The notes beneath the pieces are model-generated. The model made no database searches. It saw only the letters and a list, made by a program, of their open reading frames with translations, and was not told where the DNA came from. DNA of 64,000 nucleotides from Phoronis australis (taxonomy: Eukaryota; Animalia; Phoronida), in contig NMRA01000064.1 of the NCBI GenBank assembly GCA_002633005.1, positions 1,046,420 through 1,110,419 on the forward strand. Reading direction: 5' to 3'. Shown here one piece after another: positions 62,128-64,000 of this stretch; position 1 is the stretch's first letter; each line of letters opens with the position of its first letter. The translations under genes and the position numbers were made by a program.

Positions 62128-64000
62128 CTGGAAAATGTTGGAGAAGAATGAGCGCTTGTTATGAAACACTTCAAAAGTAGGGAGCAGGCGCATGCTTGAG
62201 CATAGTCGTTAACTTGAGAGTTTGCAGTAATAAGATACATAGCAAAAATGTTATGATACGACTTTGCGAAGCGTACTACATCTAAAAGGGGTGACTTTCT
62301 GGCTATCGTTACCGCCTATTATGTACCCTTTTCAGCCACCTGGAATAATTTTCTTTTTAATTGCCCGCTTTAGCCGGCGTGGTCCGGGGAGCAAAAAGTG
62401 GAGGGGGTGTACAGGTATAAAGAAAATAATAAAAAGTTCGCTAACCACAATTTCGCTGTACCCATTAGTTGCAATAGCTGGTTACGGTCATAGAACATTG
62501 TCAAATAAACCACTGGTACTCGGGTGTTTAACAGAGCCAAGCCAGTGTACTCTTTCATATAGGACTGTCGCTGTTTTCTTTTGATATGCAGCTTGGGAGT
62601 AGTGCACACGCGTGAGTTGTCGCGAACATAGCTCCAGAAACAAGTAAAAACTACTTTACTGAAAGTAAGAACCTGACCATCGTTTGGCGATTAATAAGCC
62701 TAGGGTTGCAAATTTCACGTTAGCTGTCTACTGCAATAAAAAGCGAGATGCACATTTCCAAGTCACGATCGTGTGCGGGACCGTTTGCGCTAACAACGGG
62801 ACCGACCAGTGCTGCAGTGCGATATCAGGGATAAATTGTTGTGGATATTTAATAATAAGGACATCTTACGTGAAAAATAAGTATTTTTCCACCACAAGTT
62901 TGGTAAGTTGATACTTTTAAAAAATACTAGAAAACACCACTGTAGGGTTTTATCCCGTGGTCCTAAAGTTTCTTCGGCGCATCCGGAAATTTGCAAAATA
63001 GCCGAGAATGTTAGCCAATAAAACGAGTCAAAGATCGATTCTGCATTAGCCCATGTTCACCCGACATGATTACAAGACATCGGAAGGGCTGTTCTCGGTT
63101 AGTGTTCGTTTGAACGTGATTTGGCAAAAACAAAAATAATAGTTGGATCGGATTAACACGAGTTGCCAGGTATCTACCAAAAAGTGTAAAAACTCAGGTC
63201 GCATTCGTTGGAAATTACAGGTCGCATTTTGCTGCTTGGTACAAGCTGCAAAAAATCTCAGCTCGCATTTCCAAATTTCAGGTCGCAAATGCAACCTGCA
63301 ACTTGTTATTTCGATCCCTGTAATTCGAATTAAAGATCAGGTATGAAAGTAAATGGCAACATAATTTATGGAAACACAAGCAGGACGCGAAAACTAAACC
63401 ACTAGTGGACTCTAAAATATAAAATCAAATGCGGTCAAAGTGCGACGAAGTAATTTCTGTTCTCCTTAATTTTCTAGTATGGAACAGATTTCGGGAGCAC
63501 TCAATACTGTTGCCGAACATAGGAATACAATGCGAACTAGTGTCTGTTTAGATTGATTAGACAACAATATGACTATGAATGACGGTTGCCGTGTTTAAGG
63601 CTGTGGAACCTATGAATGGGCTCAAAGGAATAGTGAAGTGGGTATACCACTGATAATGCGGCTCTATATGCGATTGTTTCAGTGAAATATGATCAAAAAC
63701 ACACAGTAGAGAATTTGATGCGGTGCTACATAAACGTGTGCCTTGCAATGGATTTCCGCCATGTTGGATTTGGGCTTCTGGGACTTTTCAAATGTGAATA
63801 TGGTAGGCGTGGCCTGGCTACGTTTGTCGGAACAATCCACTGGCGGTGTGAGTAAGCAAATGAGGCAAGGATACTGTTTAGTTTCACGGGCGGTCTCACC
63901 AGCAATTAATTACATGAAAGCGCCCCAGGGTTGCGTTCGGTAACCGCTAAAAGCAAAATCACGATTTTTTGTTGTGTGGAACTCGCGACCTTAATTGTGT

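Noticed and set aside
62130-64000. Upstream GT7 exons (DxD motif) and a hAT-like end with caggtcgca repeats (~63190-63320)
   Set aside because: No DVD-type exon is recognisable, and no matching TIR/TSD pair could be established.

Overview
AT-rich, intron-containing animal genomic DNA, probably a marine invertebrate (likely lophotrochozoan; inferred from repeat and gene content). There is one ~509-N scaffold gap at 25061-25569. Genes reconstructed by hand from splice sites: two tandem, divergent MS4A/CD20-like four-TM genes (242-1198, 4019-5716, +); a 7-exon ENPP6-like phosphodiesterase with a Ser nucleophile (9214-22600, +); an intronless EMRE/SMDT1 (29779-30081, -) head-to-head with a 19-exon UBE2O (30274-49446, +, one GC-AG intron); and the last three exons of a GT7 beta-1,4-galactosyltransferase-family gene (58891-62127, -). 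Introns and intergenic DNA are full of non-autonomous elements: Harbinger derivatives with a Myb/SANT remnant, CAGTGGCGGATC-type MITEs with 5-bp TSDs, a TTAA palindromic MITE, a Helentron-type HINE with CTCF-like motifs, LINE/RTE remnants, and several Penelope-like remnants with inverted ends and minimal hammerhead ribozyme motifs. I found no convincing wholly new protein-coding system. The most unusual signals are the hammerhead-bearing inverted Penelope structures, tandem repeats that amplify functional sites (a splice donor, an RTE ORF end, a Penelope pLTR), the CTCF-like array and the divergent GT7 donor pocket.
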